64,000 nt of DNA from Heptranchias perlo (lineage: Eukaryota). A program made the translations under genes and the position numbers. How positions within the stretch are numbered: the stretch's first letter is position 1; every line of letters starts with the position of its first letter. A model generated the notes under the pieces. The model ran no database searches, was not told where the DNA came from, and worked only from the letters and a program-made list of their open reading frames with translations. This document shows, piece after piece, positions 38,450-49,689 of this stretch. The stretch spans positions 24,986,001 to 25,050,000 of the forward strand of contig NC_090341.1 in assembly GCF_035084215.1 (NCBI RefSeq). Direction: 5' to 3'.

Positions 38450-39690
38450 GTTTATTCCTTTTCGGTTAGATGTTCTACGACTTGTTCAGCCAGTGGTACA
38501 GTTAATTCTGACTCCGAATTCAGTAAATGTATTGCCATCCATGGCTACAGATCCTGTATTCGCCCAAACTTCATAGGAAAGATACTTGCTTTTAAGGCTG
38601 CAGAATACTTAACATAAATGCCTATGTAGCAGGGCATCTTTAGCATTTTATGCTGTGAACAAAATGCAGACTTGTCCGGATATATTTTGAGTCATTTCAC
38701 ACAATGAGGTAGCTTGCAAGCCACGACGGCACATCTAAAAACTACCGGCCCATTGCCCATGATTTCCCAATGCTGCTCATGCAAGATACCTCGCCACAAT
38801 TGAGGACTCAGAAAACCAACCCTGTTCCTATTGTTTTAAACCTTATTTTTCAGTATTTGCCCATATTTTTCTGGAAGTTTGCCAGTTCAAGTGTACTTCT
38901 AGGTAATGTATGTCTCCTTATAGTTCATACTATTAATCAGTATAGGCTGTAGATCTGGTGTGAAAGAGAAATTCAACAGCACTGACAAAGCTGTCAGTCT
39001 AAATGTAACTATCATAATGCATATTTTCTCAGTCTGTCCTCACCATTATTACTCCTAGTAGTTGTTCATGGCCGTAATATCTGTTGTCTAGTTTTCAGTG
39101 TTAATACACTCATTGTGTATTGTTTGCCATATTTGTATCTGTACATTTGCTAAGCTGAAGCTAAATTTATTTAAAATCATTATCAAAAAGCACACCAGAG
39201 ATAGGTTATCTACTTTCTGTGATTTCTAGGCGCCCTTTTTGAAAATTGTAGTTTTAAGACAATCAATTTTGACAGCATTTTTAAGTCATCTATAACGTTA
39301 CAGATTTTAGATTAGCACTCAAACTTTCCTTAGCAGTATTTAACACTCCATTTTGTGTTGATGACTGGTATTTTAGGATTTTTGTTGAAATTAGTAACAT
39401 GAGTTGTTTTGTGCCAACATATACATACTTCTTTCACTTACCACAGGTAAGAAGACTGCAGTGTGTTCATTCACCTCGTTGGGTTCTAGGGTACTGCAAA
39501 TATTGTCCGAAAGATTAAAGTATAGGGAGACCATCCATTCACAGTGATCACCGAACATTTGTTTCAATAACAAATGATCCTACCTTGAACTTACATTTGG
39601 CAACAACTTTCCTGCAAAGACATCTGAGATTATCCCACTGCTGACCATCATAAGAAGCTTTTGGTGTACTGTATTTTCCTCCTAGCACTA
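38450..39690 (-). pseudogene. Probable Zisupton/KDZ-superfamily transposase fossil
   Basis: Collinear degenerate motifs EW-DGL-.FN, HTAV, KKG, INTE, EDRLR, LCQCC, FQKIWA and RINCT-LAEQV, read across frameshifts. Comparison is from memory only. Confidence 0.55.
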
Positions 39691-40117
39691 TATCTGCATT
39701 TTTCTTGTACCTCATCACTAGATCCAGAAGTAAATATGCCCTTGTTAATAACAAGCCATCTCTGATGATTTAGCAAATTTAGTGTCATTAATTTGGAGAC
39801 TCATAATATATGGGGATTAGTCTAAACTGAAATTTGTGTACTTACTCGAACATAATAACACATTTCAGAATTAAGCTGGATTAGCCAGTTTATATAATTT
39901 TTAAACAAAAATGTATTTTGAGGAGAGCAGTAAAAACTGTAAGTGTTTAAATGTGTCTCTACATATCCCATTGCTACACTGCAGTACGTTAATAAGAAAA
40001 CTGGCAAATTGGTCTTGATAGTTTTTGAAATCCAGCCACAGCAGCCTATTAAAAGAAGGTCTTAGTGGTGTAACTATTATAAATATCCTAACAAAGTTCA
40101 TTTTTAATTTTTATTAG

Positions 40118-40173
40118 ATTTCTGGTGGAATTCAATCTTTGCAGTTGGTGGAATTCAGACTTCACAGTGAAAG
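40118..40173 (+). CDS. CACNA2D3: CACNA2D3 exon (~34), 56 nt: FLVEFNLCSWWNSDFTVK(A)
   Basis: Flanked by ttattag and gtaaga. Matches FLVEFNLCSWWHSDMTAK; phase 2-1. Confidence 0.96.
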
Positions 40174-40224
40174 GTAAGATCGGTAACTTTTTTTTACCAA
40201 TAACTCAGCAAGCAGAATTACCTT

Positions 40225-40860
40225 CCCCGATATTTAGGGGGAGGCGGGGAGGCAGCTGGGGCGACTGTCAGTGGCCGAGAAACCAGGAAATATGGGAAAT
40301 GTGGAGGTTCTGCTGAATTTAACAGCAGGACCGCATTTGAATTATTTTTCTCTATTTTCCTCCCGGCAGCTGAGTGGCTGGCTGGCTGTCGGGTGGGAAG
40401 GCTGACTGTTGAAGGCCGCAGCCGATTGCGAGGGTAGAGATTGTGGAGTGACTGGAGATCGTTGGTGGGGGGGGGATGGTGGTGGGTACAGGTTAGCATT
40501 GGGAGGCCGGGGGGTGGGGGGGGAAGCATTCCTGCCCCTCCTGCCCCATAAGCAGTACTGGGAAAGCACTTAACTGCTGGATCCGGCAGTTCTCGCCTCC
40601 CTTTAGATTTAGCTGCGGGGTTTCCCAAGCCCTCCTGCAGCCGTTAAATCCAAATGGCTGCTCAACTGTAAGGCACGCAGCCTCGTTAACATATTATAAT
40701 TACCGCCTCTCAAGAGCGGGAGTGAGTCGCCCGCGCCCCAACCCGCCCTGGTTAAACCGGCAGTAGGTGCAATCGCGGCGGGTTGGGGTCGAGTTTTAAG
40801 AATTTAACCCCCCCCCCCCCGCCTCTCTCCCGCCCGTCCTGAAGGGTTAAGATTCCCCCC
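40225..40860 (+). mobile_element. Harbinger-like MITE (same family as 56056-56718)
   Basis: Termini ccccgatattta.ggggaggc / gggttaa.att.cccc; internal similarity to the 56056 copy. Confidence 0.8.
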
Positions 40861-40874
40861 ATCAGCTCAACTTC

Positions 40875-41005
40875 AAGCCTAGCCTTTTAATGAAGTAATG
40901 TCAGTTTGTCTTTTCACCTCTGCGACCTGGGTTTGATTGAGTCCAGCCAAGACTGATGGAAATCTCAAATCAGTTCCTAGTGAGTGTGAGTTTGCAGCAC
41001 AGAGT
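40875..41005 (+). mobile_element. LF-SINE-like fragment
   Basis: ctttcacctct..ctgg.tt.ga.tccagcc and cagttcctagtg resemble the LF-SINE head and body as recalled. Confidence 0.4.
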
Positions 41006-41399
41006 TGACTATATTTTTGCACTAAATATCAGAGGACAATTAGATGATGATGGAGGAGTCTGGGATATTGGCTGATTGATATGATCCTCTGAGTATGTTG
41101 GGCTGTTGCTTAAATAGTCTGTTGGACTGTTTCCCAACTTGGGCACCAGATCACAGATGTTAGTGAGGAGTACTTTGCAGGGTTGACTGGGCTGAGATTG
41201 GTTTAGTCTTATGCTGATTGATGCCTGGATTGTTGCTGATAAGCCCATCTGATTTTCTGCTTCTTCAACTTTTCAGAAATTGTTTTCAACTGGATGGCTT
41301 GCTAGGGTACTTTAGAGGGCATAAATGGTCAACCACATTGCGTGTGATTGGAGTCACATGTAGGCCAGACTGGGTAGATTGAAAAATTGTGTCTTTTTT

Positions 41400-41790
41400 C
41401 AAATTTTCTTTAGAACAACACAGATTGCAGGGCAATATGATAGAGGTGTTTAAAATTATGAAAGGATGGGTCGGGGTAGATAGAGATACACTGCTTCCAA
41501 TAGTTGAGGGGGTCAAGAGCAAAGGGTCATAGATGAAAGATTAAATGTAAGAGATTTAGAACAGAGGGCAGGAGAAACAGAGCAGTGTTGCGAGGATGTA
41601 AAATTCACTTCCAGGGTTAGTGGTTGAGCCAGAAACAATGTCAATATTTAAGATTAGATTGGATAGGTGGGTGAAAGGATATGGAAACAGGGTAGGTAAA
41701 TGTGATTCGAACTATTTGTTCATGTGGATGGTAAACACCAACTCAGATTGGGTGGGACAAATGGCCTGTTTCTTTGTTGGAGTAGCAAGC
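41400..41790 (+). mobile_element. Older CR1 3' fragment
   Basis: L.G.MIEVFKIMKG..DR and TMSIFKIRLDRW; tail gggacaaatggcctgtttct. Confidence 0.8.
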
Positions 41791-42352
41791 TCCCTTCCCT
41801 GAAGCACTTTAGTGGGTTTTTACAACAATCTGGAAGATTTCATGATTATTTTTCTGGCACTAGCTCCCATTTTTAAAAATTTATTCTCGGGATGTGGGGA
41901 TCACTGGCAATCCCTAGTTACCCTGAGAAGGTGGTGATAGGCCTTCTTCTTGAACCACTGCAAATTCTTGTTAATCTTTGTACCAGTTTGATACAACTGA
42001 GTGGCTCGCTAGACCACTTCAGAGGGCATTTAAAAGTCAACTACATTGTTTGACATATATAGGCCAGACCAGGTAAGGATGGTAGGTTTCCTTTCCTAAC
42101 GGACATTAGTGAACTTGTTGGGTTTTTACAGCAATCCAACAGCTGCATTCAGTTTTACTGATACCAGCTTTTTATTTCCAGTTTTCATTTTTAACTGAAT
42201 TAAAATTCTCAAATTGCCATGGTGGCATTTGAACTCACGTTCTTCGGATTATTTGTCCAGGCCTCTGCCATAACCACTATACTACCGTACCCTGAGTTAC
42301 CAGAGTTTATTGAATTCAGTTCACAACTTGCCATTGTATGATTTAAACTCAT

Positions 42353-43445
42353 GGACCTAAATTTTTACTTTGAAAAACGGGTGGATTGGGGGCAGGGGGG
42401 CTATAAAATTTTTTAAAATCTAAAACCTGCCGCCAACCCGCCCATTTCCGGTTTTAACGGAGGCGGGACAAGGGGCAGGCGATCAACCCACTATTAGGAG
42501 GCGGGTCATTAAAAGCTTTCAAGGAGGCTGCGGGCCTCCATTTTGACAGGTGTTTTGTTTTTAACCCCTGGGTACCAGGATTCCCATGCCTTCTACTTCA
42601 TGCCATGTGAGAGAAGGCGAGAAGGCCCGAAACAGTACGTAAGTGCCTTTATAGTCCAGCTTCTGGGCCCAGAGGAGTAGGAATGCTTTCTCCAGGCCCA
42701 ACAAACTTACCTGCAGCGAACCCCCTCCCCACCATGATCTCCGACCCCCAGCCATGATCTCCATCATGCCCCCCACAATCCCCGATTCCCCCCACGATCT
42801 CCGACCCCCCGCGATATCCGACCCTCCTCACGATCTCCGACCCCCCCACGATCTCTGATCCTCCCCACGTTCTATGACCCCCCACACGATCTTCGACCCC
42901 CCGATGACTCCCAATCCCGACCCCCCCGATGACTCCCGATCCCGACCCCCCGATGACTCCCGATCCCGACCCCCCGATGACTCCCGATCCCGACCCCCCG
43001 ATGACTCCTGATCCCAACCCCCTGATGACTCCCAACCCCAACCCCTGATAACTCCCGACCCTGACCTCCAATGACTCCTAACCTCGATCTCTCCAATGAC
43101 TCCCAACCCCGACTCTCGACTTCGACCTTCGATGACTCCCGACCCTAACCCCCGATGACTCCCAACAACCCCCCTCCCCCCATGACTGACCTCCCCCCTG
43201 CACCCCCCCATCTAAGACTTACCTTCTCTCATCCATTTCCTTCCTCTTCTGTCCGACTGACTGCCGGTCAATCAGGCTGGCCTGTCAGGTGGGTAACCAA
43301 CAAAAAGAAGATGTCCTTACGTCAAAACCGTAAGGACATCTGGGAAACCAGTACTTCCAGGTTTCCCGTCAGGAATTCCCCCCCCAAACACACCGTTCCC
43401 CCCCCCCCCCACCATCTTCCTGGCTCAGAGTAAAAATTTAGGCCC
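42353..43445. mobile_element. Harbinger-like MITE inserted into a SINE fragment, containing a C-rich minisatellite
   Basis: TIRs ggacctaaatttttact / agtaaaaatttaggccc. Confidence 0.8.
42730..43200. repeat. Degenerate ~24-bp minisatellite (ccccccgatgactcccgatcccga)
   Basis: Read directly. The GSGVIG periodic ORFs reflect the same period. Confidence 0.9.
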
Positions 43446-44086
43446 TGATCTCTGGGTTGTTGGTCTAGTGTCAGAACTAGGTTACCATATCCACTTTGAA
43501 TGGTAGTACAAAAGGAAACCGATTCTTTTTTACATGGTGGACAAGAAATTAAATTTAGTTTACAAAGAAAAGAGATTGGGATGTTTAGAGACGATAGAAG
43601 TAAAGTTAAATTAATAAAGATGGGAAAAGAGTAAAAGGGAAGACAATGCGTAAATATTTAAAATGTTTACTTTCAATTGTTCTTTAAGCATTTATTTTTA
43701 TAGCACAGGATTACATTTTATAGTAAGAAATTTTATAGTTGAATTGAATTGATTTATTACTGTAATGTCGGTGTTTGTTTCAGTGCCACTAAGTGTGAGC
43801 TGACCTTAAAATAATGATCGACTCAGAGAGACTTGAATTTCCTTGAACTTGCCAGCAGTTTAAGAGCTAATTTTTGTGGATACTCTGATGAGCATGTGAA
43901 CATTTTAATTATCCATGTACTTATATCAGTGTAGTTTTCTGATTATTTAAGTGGCGTTTTGCTGCCTTAATTCGGTGCCTTCTAAGTGTGAACTTAAGTT
44001 AAATTGTTTCTGTTGCAGCTCTAAATTCAGTGTAGTTTCCTAATTGGTTACAAAGCTACTGAAACTTTTAGCTTCATAATCCGCTG

Positions 44087-44188
44087 GTAGTTCAGAAATG
44101 TAAACATTCCCTTTCAAAATCAGTTCTGCATATTATAGTGCTACACAGATGACAGTTTTGAAAGGAAATGTTTACAATTCTGAACTAC
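44087..44188. repeat. Inverted repeat with 33-bp arms and 2 mismatches; weaker pairing extends outward
   Basis: gtagttcagaaatgtaaacattccctttcaaaa pairs with ttttgaaaggaaatgtttacaattctgaactac. Confidence 0.85.
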
Positions 44189-44611
44189 TATTGAATCACA
44201 TAACTCTAAGTTTTTAACAGTTTCACTATAAAATTACATTGCATTTGGATCTGGAACAGTCCAAATTGCATGATAGCCAACAATTGGGGCTAGAAATGGT
44301 AATTATTTCATTCATATCATCACCTAACTTATGAAATATAATATTTCATCAGAGAGTTATTAACTGCAACAGTGGTATAGAGAACAACAAAAGAACCAAT
44401 CTGAATGCAGTAAGTAAAACCACACATAGTATCTGCTGTTCAACGGCCTTTGTGTCAATGTTGAGTGTATGTAAAATGATTAAATGTACATTTTTACAGC
44501 AACCTTACTGCTAAAAATAGAATAAACAGAGCTTTCAATATAAGGGATATAAAAACAGAAAATGCTGGAAAAGCTCAGCCAGCGAGGCAGCATCTGTGGA
44601 GAAACATACAA

Positions 44612-44652
44612 GAGTTAACGTTTCAGGTCGAAGACCTTTCGTCAGAACTTCG
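44612..44652 (-). ncRNA. Minimal type-I hammerhead ribozyme motif (Penelope-type)
   Basis: Minus strand reads AGUU-CUGACGA-A-AGGUC-UUC-GACCU-GAAA-CGUU-AACU: conserved core, stem II, palindromic stem III and a 4-bp stem I. Confidence 0.65.
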
Positions 44653-45111
44653 ACCTGAAACATTGGGCTTCGTGGCAGGGGGGGCTCCGAAAATCGGGGA
44701 TTCCCGGGGCGGGTCCAGAGCCCGGCTCCAACCCGCCCACTTCCGGGTTCCCCAGTGACGCGCTTAGATGCGCGCGCAGCCCCCGCATGCGGGACTCCCG
44801 CTGGCAATTAAAGCTGGCGGGATCCCACTTAAGGCAATTAATTTGATAGTTCAGGTCATCAGCAGACCTGATTTGTAGGATATTTTAGGAGGGGTGGGAT
44901 TTTCAACTAAACTGAGAGTGTTTCCCCTACTGGTTTGACAGGTTGGGGGGGAGACCCTCACTCATTGCAGGAGGCCACTCTGTCACTTTGGACAAAGTTT
45001 GGCCTCCACCACCCTCCTCCTAACTATAAAATTTACCAACTTGGAACTTCAACCCCAGTGTGCAGACACATTTACCTACCTTGCAGACCCCCTCAAACGT
45101 ACATCTTCCAG

Positions 45112-45567
45112 ATGGGGGCCGCCATTGCTACCGTCATGACCTCCTCTGAGGACGAATAGCATCACCAGCCTCGCCGTCCACCTCTGACACGTGGAGCTCC
45201 ACAACACAGTGCTGTGACACATCCACCTGCACAGCAAGAGGGAGGGCAACCGCAGAGAGAGATGCGTCGCAGAAGGCACTACCCTCAACACAGGGTCTAC
45301 AGACCGAGGCTCAGCTTCCTGGACCTCTCTGAGCAGCAGTGCACACGAAGGCTCACAGTCACTCGACATGTAGTCATAGACATCTGCAGCCTCCTTCATG
45401 GCGAACTGCTCCCGGCTGGCCCAAGCACCATCTTCTTACCTGTCGCTGTCAAAGTCACCACTGCTCTCAACAACTTCTCCTCCGCATCCTTTCAGTGTGC
45501 CACCGGGGACATCGCCAGCGTCTCTCAGTTGTCTGCACAAAACAGCCCTACACCCACTCTGCAGTGA
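45112..45567 (+). pseudogene. Harbinger transposase N-terminus only (HTH region; catalytic DDE deleted)
   Basis: RRRRHYPQHRVYRPR.SFLDLSEQQC.RRL, LPVAVKVTTALN.F.S.SFQ..TGDI; homologous to the 21924 ORF; in-frame TAG at ~45158. Confidence 0.85.
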
Positions 45568-45779
45568 CACAATGGGTGGCATCAGGTGTGGGTCTTCATG
45601 GTGATCCTCAGGAAAGGGCATTATTGCACAAACCAGACAAGATTTTCAAAGATGCGGCAGTAGTGGTGATAACAATTTTTTATGATTTTTTGCAAAACAA
45701 AGGAAAATAAATCAAAAACATGACATTTCGTCTTACACCCTTGTGCATCCCCTTTGTGCTCACAAATCCTTCACCTTAC

Positions 45780-47480
45780 GTTTACGGAACCCCTACGTGG
45801 TGCTAGCCCTGCAGCTTCAGCAGAGGTAGTGGCAGGTTGCTCTTGTCCATGCCCTGACCGATGAGATGCTTTGCGCAGACGCCCTCTGGGTTTCACTGCC
45901 CGTGAGGGCCCCTCCAAAGACTGCTCCACCTACACCTGTGCAGGGGCAGACTCGGCCACCTGGAGAGGGGGCAGCATTGCAGGTACTCGTTGAGAGGGGG
46001 GCAATGGGTGAGACGTGGGAGCGCTTTGAGTGGCGTCCCCACTTCCATGTCCCTTTTCACCATCATCCCTCTCCTGGCCCAGGCCCACATCACTCCTTGC
46101 ACCCTGCTGGAGGACAGTTTGGAGGACTTGTGTGAAGCCTTGGATGGCCAGTTGTAAGGTATCTGTCAGCCTGTTTAAGGCGGCAGAATGTTGCTTACCC
46201 TGAATCCGAACGGCCATTGTCAGGGCCTGAATGGACTCATTGTTGAGCCGTGCTTAACGCTCGATGGAGGCTAGCCTTTCCTCCATCGCAGAAATTCCCG
46301 CACCTACCCGCGACACTATCTCAGTGATGCCTTCATGTCCCTGTGACAGTATTCCACTCATGCAGGAATTGGACTCCTCCATCCTCTGCACGATTGTGGA
46401 GAGTGCGCGTGGCAACTGTTCCAGTACCTCGGCAATGTGATGCTGCCCCTCGATGACTCTCCTTTTCACGGCTGGCCCCCAGGGTTCAGCATCTGGGTCC
46501 AGCTGAGCAGAGCCTGGAGAAGAGTGCTCCCACCGACATGGACTCTCCACAGCTGCCCCTGCCACCAGGGTCTGCTCGTGCTCACGTGCATGGTGACTCA
46601 CCATGTGCAAGCCCAACTAAGTGAGGGCGGGGACCCACTGAGGTGTGTGTATCTGCGCTGGTGGATGGCTGGCTCAGATGTGACGATGCACCCTCAGAGG
46701 CCGGCAGGTCCTCTGAGGAATCGCCCTCCACAGTCACGGCAGTCGCAGATGGCCCTGCAAGAGAACAGAGAGAAATATTAAGCAAGTGGACAGATGTTGA
46801 GGTGCTGCAGATGCCAAGTGATGCTAAGATCATTCGCTAACATGAGTGCTGAGTGTTAGCTTTCTGTCACCAGCCGCTTGTGCACTCCCAGTCTCGGCGT
46901 CCGCCACGGACAGGCACTCCGGCGTCCGCCACGGACAGGCACTCCGGCGTCCGGCTTATTTCGAGTGCCTGCTGCACCGCATCTGTTAAGGCCACCTGGT
47001 GTGGCGGGCCCCCTCTGGTCCTTGCCCTCTCCCGGGCATTCTGGCATCTCTTCTCCTATCAAGGCAAAACACAGAGGCGTCATTGACTGATGGTTGCATG
47101 GTGACCCGCTGCATGCATTGGTGTGGGTGGGGTTGGAGGTGGGGGTGAGCGTGATGGAGATGCACGGGAGTGTGCGTGTGAGATGAAGCCATGATATTGT
47201 ATGAGGATTGGGTTGCGTGGTAGTGTTCAAATGGGAACTGGGGCGGTGAGTACATACAGGCAAGGTGAGGATGATAGTTGAGTGGATGTGAGGAGTGATG
47301 CGAGAGCATTGTGATGGCAGTGCAGAAGGAGTTGTGTGGTGGTGGAGGTGATGTGGAAGACGGAGTGTGCAAGAATGCGTAAGTATACTCACTTTGGCTG
47401 ACCTGGTTAGGACATTAAATCTCTTCCTGCACTGCACCCAGGTTGTGGACACATTGCCGCTGCTGGTGACCTCCTCACCC
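45780..47480 (-). pseudogene. Harbinger ORF2 Myb/SANT-like protein, spliced and decayed
   Basis: TWVQCRKRFNVLTRSAK|gtgagt ... ttgatag|EKRCQNARERARTRGG, followed by acidic and coiled-coil segments. Confidence 0.8.
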
Positions 47481-48717
47481 CATCGGGCAGCACCTGGAGT
47501 GAGGAGTCAGAGAACCTTGGAGCAGCCTGGCCTCTGGCCTGCTTCAAGCTCCTAAATTGGTTCTTTGCTGCAGGAGGAGCATTGGAGGACTGCCCCTTTA
47601 AATAGGGCTCCTCCTACTGACAGCCTGTGATGCGGGTGCGCAGTGCGCCCACCTAGAACGGGAAACCCGGAAGCCAAGGTAAGTGCCTTCAATTAGGCTG
47701 CGATTGCGTGCGGAGCACCCCAACCCCCCACTGCCAACCCGCCTCCCTCCTAATATCGAGCCCATTAACTCTGTTTCTTTCTCCACAGATGCTGCCTCAC
47801 TTGCTGAGCTTTTCCAGCCTTTTCTGTTTTTATTTCAGATTTCCAGCGTCCGCAGTATTTTGCTTTTAATATGAGGGTGTATTAGAAAAAGGTTAACACT
47901 TTGGAACTGGGAAGAACACAACTATATCACAGTTTAAATCATTCTCAGATCAGAAAATAGAATTGCTTTAAGAAAGAATTTAATAAAACTCAAAACGATT
48001 CTTAGCGATTACAGTGAACCCTTTATTATCTGTCATTGTGGAGGGATCCCCATCCTCATGGATAATCAGAATCGACGAAAAGTTGAGACTTTAGTTTATT
48101 AATAACAACGTAGAAGTGCCCATGAATAGATGTTTTCCATGGGACAATGGATTCTCCCCATCTGTCTTTAAGCAATTTCTCCTATAAGCAACAAAGACCA
48201 TGGCTAGAATTACTGTTGACCTATCTGAGTGAACAAACACTTAACACATTCATCTGCTATTTTAGTAGAGGCGTTAACCCATTTAGAATAAACAGGCTAA
48301 TGCCTCTGTTAAAATAGTAGACAAAAGAATGTCAGGCAAAGGCAATAAGCACTCGCCTGCTAATATCATCAACAGTCATTTATAAGTTGATATCCCCTTT
48401 TATTAGTAATAAAGATTTTATAATCCTAGGTAGGTTGTAAAGTAAAACTGTTGACAGAAACAGCGGCAGGGTTTGAGGCAGGCCCAACTGACCTTGTGGA
48501 GAATTGGTGTCCTTGTGATTTTTACTCAGAACCAACATTCCCAGTCGAGATTGAAAAAGTTTGCGGGTAGAAGCTCTGAACAAGACTGTGACAGAACACA
48601 ATAGAATTCATTTTTATCAATACAAAGTAGGAGCTTCTTTTGTGAGTGTGTGTGTGCGCAGTGAACGAGTCTGAAGGAGAAATACTTCTGCACCAATAGC
48701 CCTGACTCCACAGGATG

Positions 48718-48970
48718 CTCATAGAATCATACAGCACAGAAGGAGGCCATTCGGCCCGTCGTGCCTGTGCCAGCTCTTTGAAAGAGCTAACCAATTAGTT
48801 CCCACTCCCCTGCTCTTTCCCCATAGCCCTGCAAATTTTTCCTATATATCAATTCCCTTTACTATTGAATCTGCTTCCACCACCCTTTCAGGCAGTGCAT
48901 TCTAGATCATAACAACTCACTGCATAAAAAAAATTTCCTCATCTCCCCTCTGATTCTTTTGCCATAATCT
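48718..48970 (-). mobile_element. CR1 3' tail fragment
   Basis: catagaatcatacagcacagaaggaggccattcggccc; close to the reverse complement of 1900-2150. Confidence 0.9.
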
Positions 48971-49689
48971 GTGAAAATTTACATAGATAATCGCAAACAC
49001 AGATAACGGGAGCACAAATAACTGAAGCTCTTCAGCAAATACCATATTAAAAGCTGCTTTTATTACAGTTTTCCATTATTATTTCATTATAACTTGGCTT
49101 AAAATATGCTTCTACTTATTGCTACATTTGTATTAGCAACTTACTGCTGTTGCAGTTTGGTGAAAGAAAGCACTGTAGCTAGGCTAGACATTCATCTATC
49201 AGTCAACCGACCACTAGACGGCGTGATCCAGACATCTGCACCCTTTAGACAGCTATTTTGAGGGTTGGACCTCGTTACTATGCTGCCAGTGAGCCAAATG
49301 GGCACCCTGTTGGCTCTTGGCTCCGGGCCAGTGCAATATTGGGTAACCCAGAGGCTGACCTGGCCGGCAGAATGGCTGATCACGCCTAGTGGTCCACATT
49401 ATTCTTGTAGAGCTTAGAGGAGCTTACTTTTTTGGTGCCTCTTCTGCTGTTGCACCCATCAAAGTTTTAACCGGGGTCCTATGTCTGTCATAGGACCTCC
49501 ATTTATATATTAAAAGGACCTACCACCCGAAACAGGCAGATGCTCCAGCTGCCCGGTGGAAGGCCCCCATGAGGATGGCAGTAGCCAGAACGCCGGCATA
49601 AATGGGGCAGAAAGCCATTTTCAGGTTGCTACTGCTTCGCTTACGCCGGGCAGCCCAAGTTCAAATCTACCCGCTATCTCTAAGTCGTG

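Larger units (their letters stand above)
44664..47763 (+). mobile_element. PIF/Harbinger internal-deletion derivative with ATT target duplication
   Basis: att|GGGCT...ATCGAGCCC|att; transposase N-terminus on + and spliced Myb ORF2 on -. Confidence 0.88.
44550..47868. mobile_element. Penelope-like inverted terminal repeat (44550-44663 and 47764-47868), split by a Harbinger insertion
   Basis: aaaaacagaaaatgctggaaaagctcagc..gcagcatctgtggaga..gagttaacgtttcaggtcga; its reverse complement continues after 47763. Confidence 0.8.

Noticed and set aside
42649-43211. Gly-rich GSGVIG repeat ORFs
   Set aside because: Translation of the minisatellite inside a MITE.
48010-48080. pogo/Tigger-like terminus (ta-cagtgaaccct..ttatc)
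   Set aside because: No matching second TIR or transposase was found.
49205-49230. CTCF-like motifs (also ~34815, ~35850, ~54840)
   Set aside because: Imperfect short matches are expected by chance in 64 kb and are not supportable without ChIP data.
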